A DNA stretch of 64,000 bases from contig JAXMNT010000016.1 of NCBI GenBank assembly GCA_034670305.1, forward strand, positions 64,001-128,000. The letters are read 5' to 3'. Source of the DNA: Deltaproteobacteria bacterium. Lineage in GTDB: Bacteria; Myxococcota_A; Polyangia; Polyangiales; Houyiibacteriaceae. The notes beneath the pieces were generated by a model. That model made no database searches. It saw nothing but the letters and a program-made list of their open reading frames with translations, and was not told where the DNA came from. Every line of letters begins with the position of its first letter. The first letter of the stretch is position 1. The position numbers were made by a program, and so were the translations under genes. Positions 30,433 to 39,744 of this stretch are shown piece after piece.

Positions 30433-30575
30433 AGGGCCGAGGGCGAGGGCGACGCGTAAGCCGAAGCCGAAGCCGAAGCTGATCCCCGATCACCGAAGCC
30501 GAAGCCGAAGCCGATCCCGAAGCCGTCCTCGACGCCGAAGCCGAAGGCGATCCCGATCCTCGAAGCCCAAACACC
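30433..30575. repeat. Intergenic hexamer array (GAGGGC, CCGAAG, CCGATC), inverted orientation
   Basis: Visible 6-nt periodicity between convergent genes. Confidence 0.9.
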
Positions 30576-30601
30576 GATCCCCGAAGGAAGCGGTTCTCTG
30601 A

Positions 30602-30976
30602 CTAGCTGGTGGCGCCGGGTTCTTCGGGGCGGGTGGGGGTGATGACGAAGCCGTCGTCGTCGTCGTCGTCGTCCATCGACATGCGCTCGGCTTCGGGGAG
30701 GTGGGCGTTGACGAGCTCTTTGAGTTCCTTGCCGACCTTGAAGAACGGGAGGCGCTTGGCCGGAACCGGGACGGGTTTGCCGGTGCGGGGGTTGCGACCG
30801 AGGTACGCCGGGTAGTGGCGGACGGTGAAGCTGCCGAATCCGCGGATCTCAATGCCATCCCCGGCTTCGAGGGCCTGGGTCATCGCCTCGAACACGCAGT
30901 TGACCACCTGTTCGGCGCGGCTCTTGGTGATCGAGCTCCGCTGGGCAACGGCATCGATGAGCTGGGACTTCGTCAC
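30602..30976 (-). CDS. ihfB: HU/IHF-family DNA-binding protein (IHF-beta-like) with acidic tail
   Basis: 'MTKSQLI', 'IEIRGFGSF', 'GRNPRTG' and 'PFFKVGKELKELVN'. Confidence 0.9.
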   Translation of the reverse strand: MTKSQLIDAVAQRSSITKSRAEQVVNCVFEAMTQALEAGDGIEIRGFGSFTVRHYPAYLGRNPRTGKPVPVPAKRLPFFKVGKELKELVNAHLPEAERMSMDDDDDDDGFVITPTRPEEPGATS

Positions 30977-31000
30977 GAGGATCTCCGCGTTGGAGTGGCG

Positions 31001-31030
31001 ATTCTATGGGCGGCGGCGGACGAAGGTCAA
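31001..31030 (-). promoter_or_regulatory. sigma70 promoter of the ihfB-like gene
   Basis: TTGACC-N18-TAGAAT on the minus strand, followed by a GGAG RBS. Confidence 0.75.
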
Positions 31031-31090
31031 TAGCGATTACGGACACTTGCGGATCGCCCCCCGGCGCACCGAGGCTGTATGGTGCACCCA

Positions 31091-32026
31091 ATGACCAGCC
31101 GATCCAAACGTTGGGCGACTGCGTGCGGCGTGGCGGGCGTCGGGTTTCTCGGGTGGATTGTCTGGCTCGGGCAATCCGGCGGCCCGTCTGGCAGGACCGA
31201 CGCAGCGGAAGCTGATCCCGCGCCGTTCCTGGACGTGGCGCTGTCTGTGGCCCGCCCGAGACTGCCCGAGGCCGAGGAGGTGCTGGCGGCTGCGAACGTC
31301 GAAGCGGCGTTGCAACTCAACGGGGGGCTGCCTGGCACCCTCGCGCCGGCGACCACTCGGACGACCCCCGCGTGCAACCTCTCCGTGGGAGGGCTGGATC
31401 GCGAAGACTTCGGAGCGCGGCTTCAGGCGGCGGCGTCCGAGTGCACCTCGGGTGTGATCTTCGTGCCGCGCTCCGTGGGGCTCGGCGTGCGCTGGCCCGA
31501 CCAGCGGCGGCTGACCCTCGACGATCCCGCGCTCGACCCCATCTTCGAGTCCGAAGGTCGGCTCGTCGTGCTGCAGGGGGTGCCGCCCGAGGCGGAGTTC
31601 TCCGTCGATGGCGCGCCGCGTGAGGGCTGGCCCACCCGAGAAACAGCGCTCGCAGAACTGCTGACCCGCGTGCGTCGTTCCACGTACCCGCTCTGGGTTC
31701 AGGTGCACACCCCCGCCGATGGCGCGCGTCTCGCCGAGGAACTCGAGTCCCATCCACATCTTTCGCTGGTCACGGCCGACGACATGGACCTCGCGGCCGC
31801 CCATCCCGACCGGGTCCTATTCGGATCGGGGCTCTCGCTGGAGGTGCGCGGATGGCGGGCCCCTGGTCTCGAGCCGGACGAATCGTTCGATGCGATCGCG
31901 TACTACGGGGCAATTCGGGACCGGTGGACCCGCTCGGAGCTCCCGGACGCGACGGTCGCAGCGGTGCTGGGAGGCACCGCGGCCACCCTATTGCCCGGTT
32001 TGCGGGCAGCCGCCGACCCACCCTGA
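31091..32026 (+). CDS. Membrane-anchored hypothetical protein, amidohydrolase-like C-terminus
   Basis: N-terminal TM segment. 'HPDRVLFGS' and 'AVLGGTAATLL' resemble amidohydrolase_2 ends, but metal-ligand His residues are not evident. Confidence 0.55.
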   Translation: MTSRSKRWATACGVAGVGFLGWIVWLGQSGGPSGRTDAAEADPAPFLDVALSVARPRLPEAEEVLAAANVEAALQLNGGLPGTLAPATTRTTPACNLSVGGLDREDFGARLQAAASECTSGVIFVPRSVGLGVRWPDQRRLTLDDPALDPIFESEGRLVVLQGVPPEAEFSVDGAPREGWPTRETALAELLTRVRRSTYPLWVQVHTPADGARLAEELESHPHLSLVTADDMDLAAAHPDRVLFGSGLSLEVRGWRAPGLEPDESFDAIAYYGAIRDRWTRSELPDATVAAVLGGTAATLLPGLRAAADPP

Positions 32027-32171
32027 CGAAATGGGGGGTCGTTCCAAGCCCGGCGACCGCAAACGCACTGTTGAACCCGCATCAGCGACTAGGTATGGTC
32101 TCGCGCGAAACGGGGGCGGCCGCTGTGGCCCCGGGCGCTGCACGCGTCCGTACCCGTGCGATGGAGCTCCC

Positions 32172-34529
32172 ATGTCCGACGCAGATCTCGACGACCTCAG
32201 CGCACTCGACGCGCAAGCCCCCCTCGGTGGCGAGATTTTGGGCAACGACGCCCAAACCCTCAAACAAATCCGCCGCCGCAGCAGCCCGATCACGAAAGTG
32301 GTGGGGCTCGTCATCGTGCTCGGCATGGTGGGCATGGGCATCTGGGCGTACCTCCACAACAAGGCGTACGACGCCCGCATGGATGTCTTCGCGCCCATCG
32401 CCGACATGGAGAGCGCCGAACAACGGGACGCCGCCCTCCGCGAGGTGCTGGCGAACGCCGAGTTCAAGGACGTGCGGGAACGCGCGATCATGAACCTCGG
32501 CCACGACGAGGACACCGCCGCGGTGCCGCTCCTCATCGAGAACCTCCAGTACGAGGGGACCGTCCGGCGCTCCGCCGCGTGGGCGCTCGCCCGCATCGGC
32601 TCCCCGGACGCCGACCAGGCCGAAGCGCGGCTGCTCGAAGTGTTGCCCGAGACCGGCGACATCGATCGCAACCAGGTGGTGTGGACCCTCGCCGTGCTGG
32701 GCGCGCAGGACCAGGCGTTCATCGACGCGCTCATCGACCGATTCAGCGAAGGCCACCTTCAGGAACTGGACGGCTTCGACGACCGCATCATTACGCGCGT
32801 GCTCGGCATCGAACGACTCAGCTCCGAGCAGCTGACGAACCACGAGATCGAAGGCGTGCGCGTCTTGACCGCCCACGCGCTCTCCGAAGCGGGCGGCGAG
32901 CCCGTCGTCGCCCCCCTCTCCCGGATGCTGACCCAGGAGCTGGCCCGCGAAGGCGACGCCCAGTCCGCCGAGGTCATCCGAGCCACCGCCGCCGGGCTGG
33001 GACGCACCGGCTCCCCGAACGCCGCCGAGGCGCTGTTCGCGATGTTGAGCAGCCACGAAGCCATGAACGACACCGTCATGGACGCGCTCAAGAAGTCGAC
33101 CGCCGCCACCGAGCTGATCGCACTCCTCGGACGTGCGACCAACGACACGGTCCGCCGCGATCTGACCCGCTTGATCGTGGACAGCCACGACCGCCGCTCC
33201 ATCGAAGGCCTCACGGCACTGCTCACCGACACCAACGTCGAGATCAAGGGCATGGCCGCCCTCGCGCTCGCCGAGTTCGGAGAGCGCTCCGCAGCGCCGG
33301 TGTTGCTCGAGCTGACGGCCGTCGAAGACGACGACGACCTCGTGAGCTCCTCGCTCGAGCACCTCCGCTACGTGGCGAGCCCCGAGATCACGGCCCAGCT
33401 CGCTGGGCTACTCGAGACCCACGCGTTCCGCAAGTCCGCCATCCTGCTTGCGCTCGGTGCCACGGGCGACCCTGGTGCCGCCCGCTACATCGAACCGGAG
33501 CTCGCCGGTCACGACGCCAACTCCGCCGCGCGCGCTCTGGCCGACCTGGATCACGATGGCGCCTTCCGCACCTTGCTCGCCAAAGTGGTGCGTCCGAGCG
33601 ACACCGACATGACGGCCTTCAACGCCGCCCAGCGCAGCCTGGTGAACGAGGAACTCCTCGCCCTCCGCCGCGCCGCCATCATGGCCATGGGCTACTACGG
33701 CCGGGTCGACGCAGTGGAGAACCTCATGGAAGTCGTCGAAGACGAGAACGACGACTACGAGCTCCGCGCCAAGGCCGCAGCCGCCATCGGACAGGTCGGA
33801 ACCGCCGAGCAGATCGCGACGGTCCTGAACAAGATCAACGACGCGACCCTGAGCGAAGCGGCCCGCCGCTACTACGTGCAGGCCCTCTGGCAGCGCCCGC
33901 ACCGCGAGCTCAACGCACAGCTGCTCGACCTGGTGGGCAACGCCGCCACCGACGTCGACGTGCGCCGCGCCGCCGCCCTCGCCCTCGGCTACGCCGGTGA
34001 CGAAGGCAACGACGCGCGGCTCATGAGCCTGCTCGACGACGAAGGCGCCCGCAGGCACGCGGCGTTCGCGGTCGTGCTCGGCGGTGGCGAAGAAGCCGTC
34101 CGCAAGCTCGTCGGCATTCTCGCGGAGGATCGCGACCTCCGGGAGATTCTCCAGGGCTACGTCGAGAACAACGAGAACGACTGGTTCAACCTGCTCACGA
34201 CCCACCACTTCGAGAGCGGCGCTATCTGGCGTCGTCTGCGTGCCGGTCAGATCCTCCGCGAGGGCGACGCCGACCTGAGCTACAGCTACTCCTGGCTCAA
34301 GACCATCGCCTGCCTGCGCACCGGCTGGAACGGCGTCGGCGGCATCCGCCCACAGGACGCGCGCGACAAGCTCTGGGAAGCGCTCGAGGGCGAAGACATC
34401 GGCCGCCGCGAACTCGCAGCCTCCGTCTTCGGCGACCTCCCCGAACTCGGCCTGCTCCTTCGCGCCCGCGACGAAGGCGGCGAAATGGGCGAAGTCGCCC
34501 GCAGCGTGCTCGACCGCGGCCGCCGCTAG
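32172..34529 (+). CDS. HEAT/PBS-lyase repeat membrane protein
   Basis: One TM segment followed by many 'VR..AA.ALA.IG' HEAT repeats. GGAG RBS and high GC3. Confidence 0.85.
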   Translation: MSDADLDDLSALDAQAPLGGEILGNDAQTLKQIRRRSSPITKVVGLVIVLGMVGMGIWAYLHNKAYDARMDVFAPIADMESAEQRDAALREVLANAEFKDVRERAIMNLGHDEDTAAVPLLIENLQYEGTVRRSAAWALARIGSPDADQAEARLLEVLPETGDIDRNQVVWTLAVLGAQDQAFIDALIDRFSEGHLQELDGFDDRIITRVLGIERLSSEQLTNHEIEGVRVLTAHALSEAGGEPVVAPLSRMLTQELAREGDAQSAEVIRATAAGLGRTGSPNAAEALFAMLSSHEAMNDTVMDALKKSTAATELIALLGRATNDTVRRDLTRLIVDSHDRRSIEGLTALLTDTNVEIKGMAALALAEFGERSAAPVLLELTAVEDDDDLVSSSLEHLRYVASPEITAQLAGLLETHAFRKSAILLALGATGDPGAARYIEPELAGHDANSAARALADLDHDGAFRTLLAKVVRPSDTDMTAFNAAQRSLVNEELLALRRAAIMAMGYYGRVDAVENLMEVVEDENDDYELRAKAAAAIGQVGTAEQIATVLNKINDATLSEAARRYYVQALWQRPHRELNAQLLDLVGNAATDVDVRRAAALALGYAGDEGNDARLMSLLDDEGARRHAAFAVVLGGGEEAVRKLVGILAEDRDLREILQGYVENNENDWFNLLTTHHFESGAIWRRLRAGQILREGDADLSYSYSWLKTIACLRTGWNGVGGIRPQDARDKLWEALEGEDIGRRELAASVFGDLPELGLLLRARDEGGEMGEVARSVLDRGRR

Positions 34530-34550
34530 AACGTCCGAGCCCACAGTGAA

Positions 34551-34585
34551 GAAAATGAGCCGCCTCCCGGGCGGCTCTCTTCGTT
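34551..34585. terminator. Bidirectional intrinsic terminator
   Basis: GAAAAT-GAGCCGCC-N5-GGCGGCTC-TCTTCGTT between convergent genes. Confidence 0.65.
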
Positions 34586-34611
34586 GGTGCGGCCGTTTGC
34601 CGAGGCTCAGC

Positions 34612-34748
34612 GTTCTGCCGCCGTCCCTGCCGCTGACTCTGCCGCTGCCGCTGACTCTGCCGCTGCCGCTGTCTCTGCAGCTGCAGCTGCCGCTGCCGCT
34701 GTCTCTGCCGCTGCCGCTGCCGCTGTCCCTGCCGCTGTCTCTGGCGAC
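34612..34748. repeat. Intergenic hexamer array (CTGCCG/CTGACT/CTGTCT)
   Basis: Visible 6-nt periodicity. Confidence 0.95.
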
Positions 34749-35945
34749 TCAGCCCGTGGTCGCGAGGGCGCGCAGCACGTCCGCGATGAGCTCGTCCGCG
34801 TCTTCGATCCCGACCGCGTAGCGCACCAGCGCGTTCTTGATCCCGACCGCCTCTCGCTGCTCGGTGGTCAGCTCGAAGAAGCTCATCAGCGCGGGCTGTT
34901 CGATCAGCGACTCCACGCCGCCGAGCGAGGGCGCAATCCGCGGGATCTCGCAGGCATCGACGAACCGGCTCGTCGCCTCGAGATCCGCGTCCAGCTCGAA
35001 CGTCACGACGCCGCCGTAGCCGCCGATCATGTCGCGTTTGGCGATGTCGTGGTTCGGGTGGGAAGGAAGGCCGGGGTACCAGACCTGCTTCACGCGCGGA
35101 TGCGACTCGAGCGCACTCGCCAACTGAAGCGCGCTCGCGCTCTGCTGCCGAACGCGCACCGCGAGCGTCTTCATGCCCCGCAGGATCAAGTACGCCGCGT
35201 GCGGGTCGAGCACGCCACCGAGCACGTGGCGCATCTCGCGCACGAGCCCGACGAGCCCTTCTTTGCCCGCCACCAGACCACCGAGCACGTCGTTGTGTCC
35301 AGCCAGGTACTTCGTGGCGCTGTGCACGACGAGATCGATCCCGAGCTCGGCCGGCCGCAGGTGCACCGGGGTCGCGAACGTCGCGTCGATCATGGTCTTC
35401 ACCCGCGCCGCCCGGCAGATCTCCGCGACCCGGCGCAGGTCCGGCACCGTCTGGTAGGGGTTCGTCGGCGCCTCGCTCACGACCAGCTTGGTATTCGGCT
35501 GGAGCGCCGCCTCCATCGCGTCCACGTCGGCGGGTGGAACCAGCGTCGACTCGACCCCGAAACGGGACAGGATGGTGGTCACGAACTGGCGGGTCCGGCG
35601 GTAGCAGTCGCTGAAGAGCACCACGTGCGAGCCGCTCTTGGTGAGCGCGAGGATCGAAGTCGTCACCGCGGCCATGCCGCTCGCGAACGCCACCGCGTCC
35701 TCGGTCCGCTCGAGCGCCGCGAGCTTCTTTTCCACGAGCCGCACCGTGGGGTTGCCGTACCGCCCGTACTCTTCTTCGCGCTCGGTGCGGCCTTCGAAGA
35801 ACGCGGTCAGCTCGGCGGTGTCACGAAAGGTGTAGGTCGCCGTCTGCACGATGGGTGCGGAGAGCGCGTCGAACGGGTGCGACCGAGGTTCTCCGCCGTG
35901 TACCGCCTCGGTCTCGATCGTTCGTTCCGCCTTCTTGGTCGCCAT
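34749..35945 (-). CDS. metB: Cystathionine gamma-synthase (Cys/Met metabolism PLP enzyme)
   Basis: 'YGRYGNPT', 'FASGMAA', 'DCYRRTRQF', 'DATFATP', 'HSATKYLAGHND' and 'SLGGVESLI'. Confidence 0.9.
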   Translation of the reverse strand: MATKKAERTIETEAVHGGEPRSHPFDALSAPIVQTATYTFRDTAELTAFFEGRTEREEEYGRYGNPTVRLVEKKLAALERTEDAVAFASGMAAVTTSILALTKSGSHVVLFSDCYRRTRQFVTTILSRFGVESTLVPPADVDAMEAALQPNTKLVVSEAPTNPYQTVPDLRRVAEICRAARVKTMIDATFATPVHLRPAELGIDLVVHSATKYLAGHNDVLGGLVAGKEGLVGLVREMRHVLGGVLDPHAAYLILRGMKTLAVRVRQQSASALQLASALESHPRVKQVWYPGLPSHPNHDIAKRDMIGGYGGVVTFELDADLEATSRFVDACEIPRIAPSLGGVESLIEQPALMSFFELTTEQREAVGIKNALVRYAVGIEDADELIADVLRALATTG

Positions 35946-35993
35946 GCGCGGGAGGCTACCCGATCGTTCGGCCGGCGTCGGCTTTGCGCGCGC

Positions 35994-36872
35994 TCAGGGA
36001 CAGAGGGGCGAATCGTCGCAGTCGAAGTCCATGCAGTCGACGAACCCGTCCCCGTCGTTGTCGACTCCATCCGAGCAGTACGTGTCGGTGCCTTCTCCGC
36101 ACACGGTGATGCCTGGGGCGTCGCAGTTGGGGTCGGCACAGTCGCGAAGGCCGCTGCGGTCGTTGTCGATTCCGTCGGAGCAGATCGCGTCGAACGTCTC
36201 CGGGCAGACCGTGATGAAAAAGCTGCGGCTGCAGTCGAAGTCCATGCAGTCGACGAACCCGTCGCCGTCGTTGTCGAACCCGTCGGTGCAGCGCGCCGCG
36301 GTGTTCTCAGGGCCGCAGGCGAGGTCCTCGTCGACCGCGGTGTCGCAATCGTCGTCGAGCACGTTGCAGGTCTCTTCCGCCGGCCCGACCCCGCCCTCGC
36401 AGACCCCGTAGACGCCGTCGACGCACGTCTCCACCCCCGCCTCACATGCGCCGGTCGTGGACCCGCAGGGGCGGGTCTCGCCCTCCACGCAATCGCACCC
36501 CTCGTTGACGGTGCCGTCGCAGTTCTCGTCCTGCCCTGCGGAGTCACAGACCTCGTCGCCCATGAGCGGGCACTCGCATCCATCGTCGGGGTCGCCGTTC
36601 ACGTCCACGAACCCTTCCGGACACCCGCCGGCATCGACGTCGTTCGCGTCGACGCCGCCGTCGGCCGCCGCGTCCCGCCCGGCATCCTCGGAGGCCGCGT
36701 CCCGACCCGCGTCTTCCGCCGCCGCATCGACCCGCTCCGGATCGACACACGCGCCATTGATGCACTGCTGTGCCCCGGGACAGTCGAAGACCGACCGGCA
36801 CGAGGGCGCGTCGTCGTCCCCGCACGCCACCAGGCCTGCGCACACAACGAACCCGACGAACCACCGCACCAC
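35994..36872 (-). CDS. Cys/Asp-rich lipoprotein with MopE-like/putative metal-binding repeats
   Basis: Lipobox 'LVAC' and repeats 'C.DG.DNDGDGFVDC.DFDC'. The GTG is 6 nt after TACCCT. Confidence 0.8.
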   Translation of the reverse strand: MVRWFVGFVVCAGLVACGDDDAPSCRSVFDCPGAQQCINGACVDPERVDAAAEDAGRDAASEDAGRDAAADGGVDANDVDAGGCPEGFVDVNGDPDDGCECPLMGDEVCDSAGQDENCDGTVNEGCDCVEGETRPCGSTTGACEAGVETCVDGVYGVCEGGVGPAEETCNVLDDDCDTAVDEDLACGPENTAARCTDGFDNDGDGFVDCMDFDCSRSFFITVCPETFDAICSDGIDNDRSGLRDCADPNCDAPGITVCGEGTDTYCSDGVDNDGDGFVDCMDFDCDDSPLCP

Positions 36873-36915
36873 ATCCAGAGGGTACCCCAGATGCGGTGCC
36901 GCTCGCTCAGCCCGG

Positions 36916-37401
36916 TCAGTCCACCGAGACGATGCGGAGGTACACGTCGTTGTGGTCGAAGTAGTACTCGTCCGCGTTGACCATCTTGGTCGTGCCGCCG
37001 GTGCCCCCCGCACAGGTCGCCTGCACTGTCGGTGCGTCATGGGCTGGACCGTACTCGGTCCAGGTCACGACTCCGTCGACGTACGAGGAGTTGTCCGCCG
37101 CGTTGAAGTGATCGTGCGGCTCCGCGATCGGCGGCAGCCCGCCCATGTCGTCGTGTCCGGGCGACACGCGCGACCAGGTGAAGCAGGGCTCTCCCACCTC
37201 GATGACCAGGGTCCGCCCCGTGTCCTCGTACGTCTCGCCAACGAGCCGGTACACCCCCATCGTCACCGTCGGCCCGCCGGTCGCCCCCGTGTCCACCGCG
37301 GGCGCATCCAGACCACCCCCCGCATCCGCGACCATGCCGTCGTCGTCGCCACAGGAGAACAGAGCCAAGCAGAGCAGGAGCGCAGTCGTGTATTTCATCA
37401 A
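36916..37401 (-). CDS. Hypothetical lipoprotein
   Basis: Lipobox 'LFSC-GDDD' and high GC3. Confidence 0.75.
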   Translation of the reverse strand: MMKYTTALLLCLALFSCGDDDGMVADAGGGLDAPAVDTGATGGPTVTMGVYRLVGETYEDTGRTLVIEVGEPCFTWSRVSPGHDDMGGLPPIAEPHDHFNAADNSSYVDGVVTWTEYGPAHDAPTVQATCAGGTGGTTKMVNADEYYFDHNDVYLRIVSVD

Positions 37402-37493
37402 TCAAGGGGCCTTCCGCGGGGCACAACCCGCTTCTCTTCTGCGACGCAAAACACGCCGCAAGGACCCCCTGCCCCAAGACCATACCACGCCCG

Positions 37494-37631
37494 ATCGGCT
37501 TCGAAGTCGGCTGAGGTGTCGGCTGAGGCGTCGGCTTCGGAGTCGGCTTCGGAGTCGGCTTCGGCTTCGGAGTCGGCTTCGGCTTCGGAGACGAGGCGTC
37601 GGCTGAGGCGTCGGCGGTCGGCGTCGGACTC
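37494..37631. repeat. Intergenic hexamer array (TCGGCT/TCGGAG/TGAGGC)
   Basis: Visible 6-nt periodicity. Confidence 0.92.
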
Positions 37632-37654
37632 AACGGAGGCCGCAGCCCCCTCAA

Positions 37655-37679
37655 TCCGATTCGCGCCGCGCGAATCGGA
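37655..37679 (-). terminator. Hairpin immediately after nuoI
   Basis: TCCGATTCGCG-ccg-CGCGAATCGGA, an 11-bp perfect stem. Confidence 0.5.
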
Positions 37680-38279
37680 CTAGTGCTTCTTCTCGCGGTC
37701 GAGACCCGGGTGGGTCGCGTCGCCCGGCTCATGGCGCGGGTTGGCGCTCAGGAACGTGCCGTCGCGGCCGGGCAGGCCGAGCAGCGTCTCTTTGTCGTAG
37801 ATGAAGTGGTCGCGCTCGGTCGAAGGCGGCATGTGCATGCCGGTGTCCATGCGGATCGCATCGCACGGGCACGCTTCGACGCAGTAGCCGCAGAAGATGC
37901 AGCGCAGCTCGTCGATCACGAACGCTTCCGGGAACCGCTCGTAGCCGTGGCGCGGATCGTTCTCGTCGTACTCGCCGGGCTCGATGTGGATGCACTGCGC
38001 GGGACATGCGGTGCTGCAGCACAGACACGCGACGCACCGGGGCGACCCGTCGGCGCGCTGAGTCAGCCGGTGGATGCCGCGGAACCGGGCCGGGTACTCC
38101 CGCTTGTCTTCCGGGTACATCACCGTGGCGATCTCACCCTTGCCGCCGGTGGCCGACGCGATGGTGTTCTTGAAGAAGCGCTTGATCGTCTGGCCGAGGC
38201 CCTTGGCGATCTCGGGCACGTACGCCTGCTCGGAGACGGTGCGGTTGGGCTTCTTGAGGACTTTGACGGTGGCGGCCAT
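37680..38279 (-). CDS. nuoI: NADH-quinone oxidoreductase subunit I
   Basis: Two 4Fe-4S motifs, 'CVACLCCSTACP' and 'CIFCGYCVEACP'. Confidence 0.96.
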   Translation of the reverse strand: MAATVKVLKKPNRTVSEQAYVPEIAKGLGQTIKRFFKNTIASATGGKGEIATVMYPEDKREYPARFRGIHRLTQRADGSPRCVACLCCSTACPAQCIHIEPGEYDENDPRHGYERFPEAFVIDELRCIFCGYCVEACPCDAIRMDTGMHMPPSTERDHFIYDKETLLGLPGRDGTFLSANPRHEPGDATHPGLDREKKH

Positions 38280-38302
38280 GGTTCGGTTCCAGAGAGGGCG
38301 GT

Positions 38303-39742
38303 TCAGTTCCAGAGGAGGACGAGGATGCCCGTGAACAGGATGTTGAGCAGCGCGAGCGGCAACAGACCCTTCCAGCAGAGCTTCATGACCTGGTCGTAGC
38401 GAAAGCGCGGGAGGGTCCAGCGGACCATCAGCTGCAGCCAGATGAAGACCACGATCTTCAGCAGGAAGAAGACGAGCTCGATGGCGAGCACGGCCCAGTG
38501 CTGCAGCGCGATGAAGTCCTGGAAGATCCAGTCGGTCATCGGGATCGCCACTTCCCACGTGCCGGGGAGATCGAACCCGCTGCGGTAGAGGAAGGGCACG
38601 TCCCAGCCACCGAAGAAGAGCACCGTGGCGAGCGCCGCGAGTGCGACGACCTCGATGAACTCACCGGTGAAGAACAGACCGAACTTCATGCCGGAGTACT
38701 CGGTGAGGTATCCACCGACGAGCTCGCTCTCGCCTTCGGGAAGGTCGAAGGGCACACGCTTCGTCTCGGCGATGGCCGCGAAGGTGTAGAGGATGAAGGC
38801 GAAGAAGAGCGGCGGAATGAACACGCCCCAGATGCCATGGTTGTGCTGCCACATGGCCATGTCTTCGAGCCGGAGCGAGTCGTAGATCATGAAGCAGGGC
38901 ACGACCGTGAGGCCGAGCGCGACTTCGTAACTGACCATCTGGCTGGCGGCGCGAAGGCCGCCCATCAGGGAGTACTTGTTGTCGCTCGCGTAGCCGCCGA
39001 CCGCCGCGCCGATGACGCCGGTGCCGGCGACCGCGAAGATGAAGAGGATGCCCACATCGAGCGATGCGACCTGCATCGGGATGGCGGTCGCGAGGCCCGT
39101 GCCGCTGCCGTCGCACATGCTCGGATGCGCCAGATCGGTCGCGCGCGGCACCACGTCGGTGAGGCACTCGAGGTAGAACGTGTCCGCGAAGGGAATGACC
39201 GCGAACGCGAGGATCGCCGGGATGACCGTGATGATCGGCGCGATCGAGAACAGGAACTTGTCCGCCTTCGGCGGCACGAAGTCTTCCTTGAAGATCATCT
39301 TCACCGCGTCGGCGAGCGGATGCAGCAGGCCGATCAGGGCGAGCTTGCCGCCGTTGTCGACGTAGCCCTTGTTGACCTTGTGGCCGAGCAGCATGAGCAC
39401 GGCGAGCACGCCGAAGACCGGCAGGCTGATGTAGAGGTCTTCCGCCGGAACACCCAGGTCCCAGCCAGTCATCCACATGAGCGCGAGCATCGCGGTCGCG
39501 AGGCCGCCGAGCAGCATGAAGACGAAGAAGCCGGCCCGCAGGGGCTTGAGGCTGAACTTGAAGAAGCCGACCAGCGCCTTCGGCAGCTGGATGTGGGCGC
39601 GGTGCGGACCGACGCGGTCCTGGATCATCGCGCTCTGTCGGCGCTCCGCCCAGACGAGCATCGGCGCGAACGCACCGACCACCACGACCACGATGAAGAG
39701 GATCTTGGCGACCGCCGCCAGGAAGATGTCGAACGTATCCAT
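38303..39742 (-). CDS. nuoH: NADH-quinone oxidoreductase subunit H
   Basis: 'ERRQSAMIQDRVGP', 'LRAASQMVSYE', 'AETKRVPFDLPEGESELVGGY' and 'PRFRYDQ'. Confidence 0.96.
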   Translation of the reverse strand: MDTFDIFLAAVAKILFIVVVVVGAFAPMLVWAERRQSAMIQDRVGPHRAHIQLPKALVGFFKFSLKPLRAGFFVFMLLGGLATAMLALMWMTGWDLGVPAEDLYISLPVFGVLAVLMLLGHKVNKGYVDNGGKLALIGLLHPLADAVKMIFKEDFVPPKADKFLFSIAPIITVIPAILAFAVIPFADTFYLECLTDVVPRATDLAHPSMCDGSGTGLATAIPMQVASLDVGILFIFAVAGTGVIGAAVGGYASDNKYSLMGGLRAASQMVSYEVALGLTVVPCFMIYDSLRLEDMAMWQHNHGIWGVFIPPLFFAFILYTFAAIAETKRVPFDLPEGESELVGGYLTEYSGMKFGLFFTGEFIEVVALAALATVLFFGGWDVPFLYRSGFDLPGTWEVAIPMTDWIFQDFIALQHWAVLAIELVFFLLKIVVFIWLQLMVRWTLPRFRYDQVMKLCWKGLLPLALLNILFTGILVLLWN

Positions 39743-39744
39743 GA

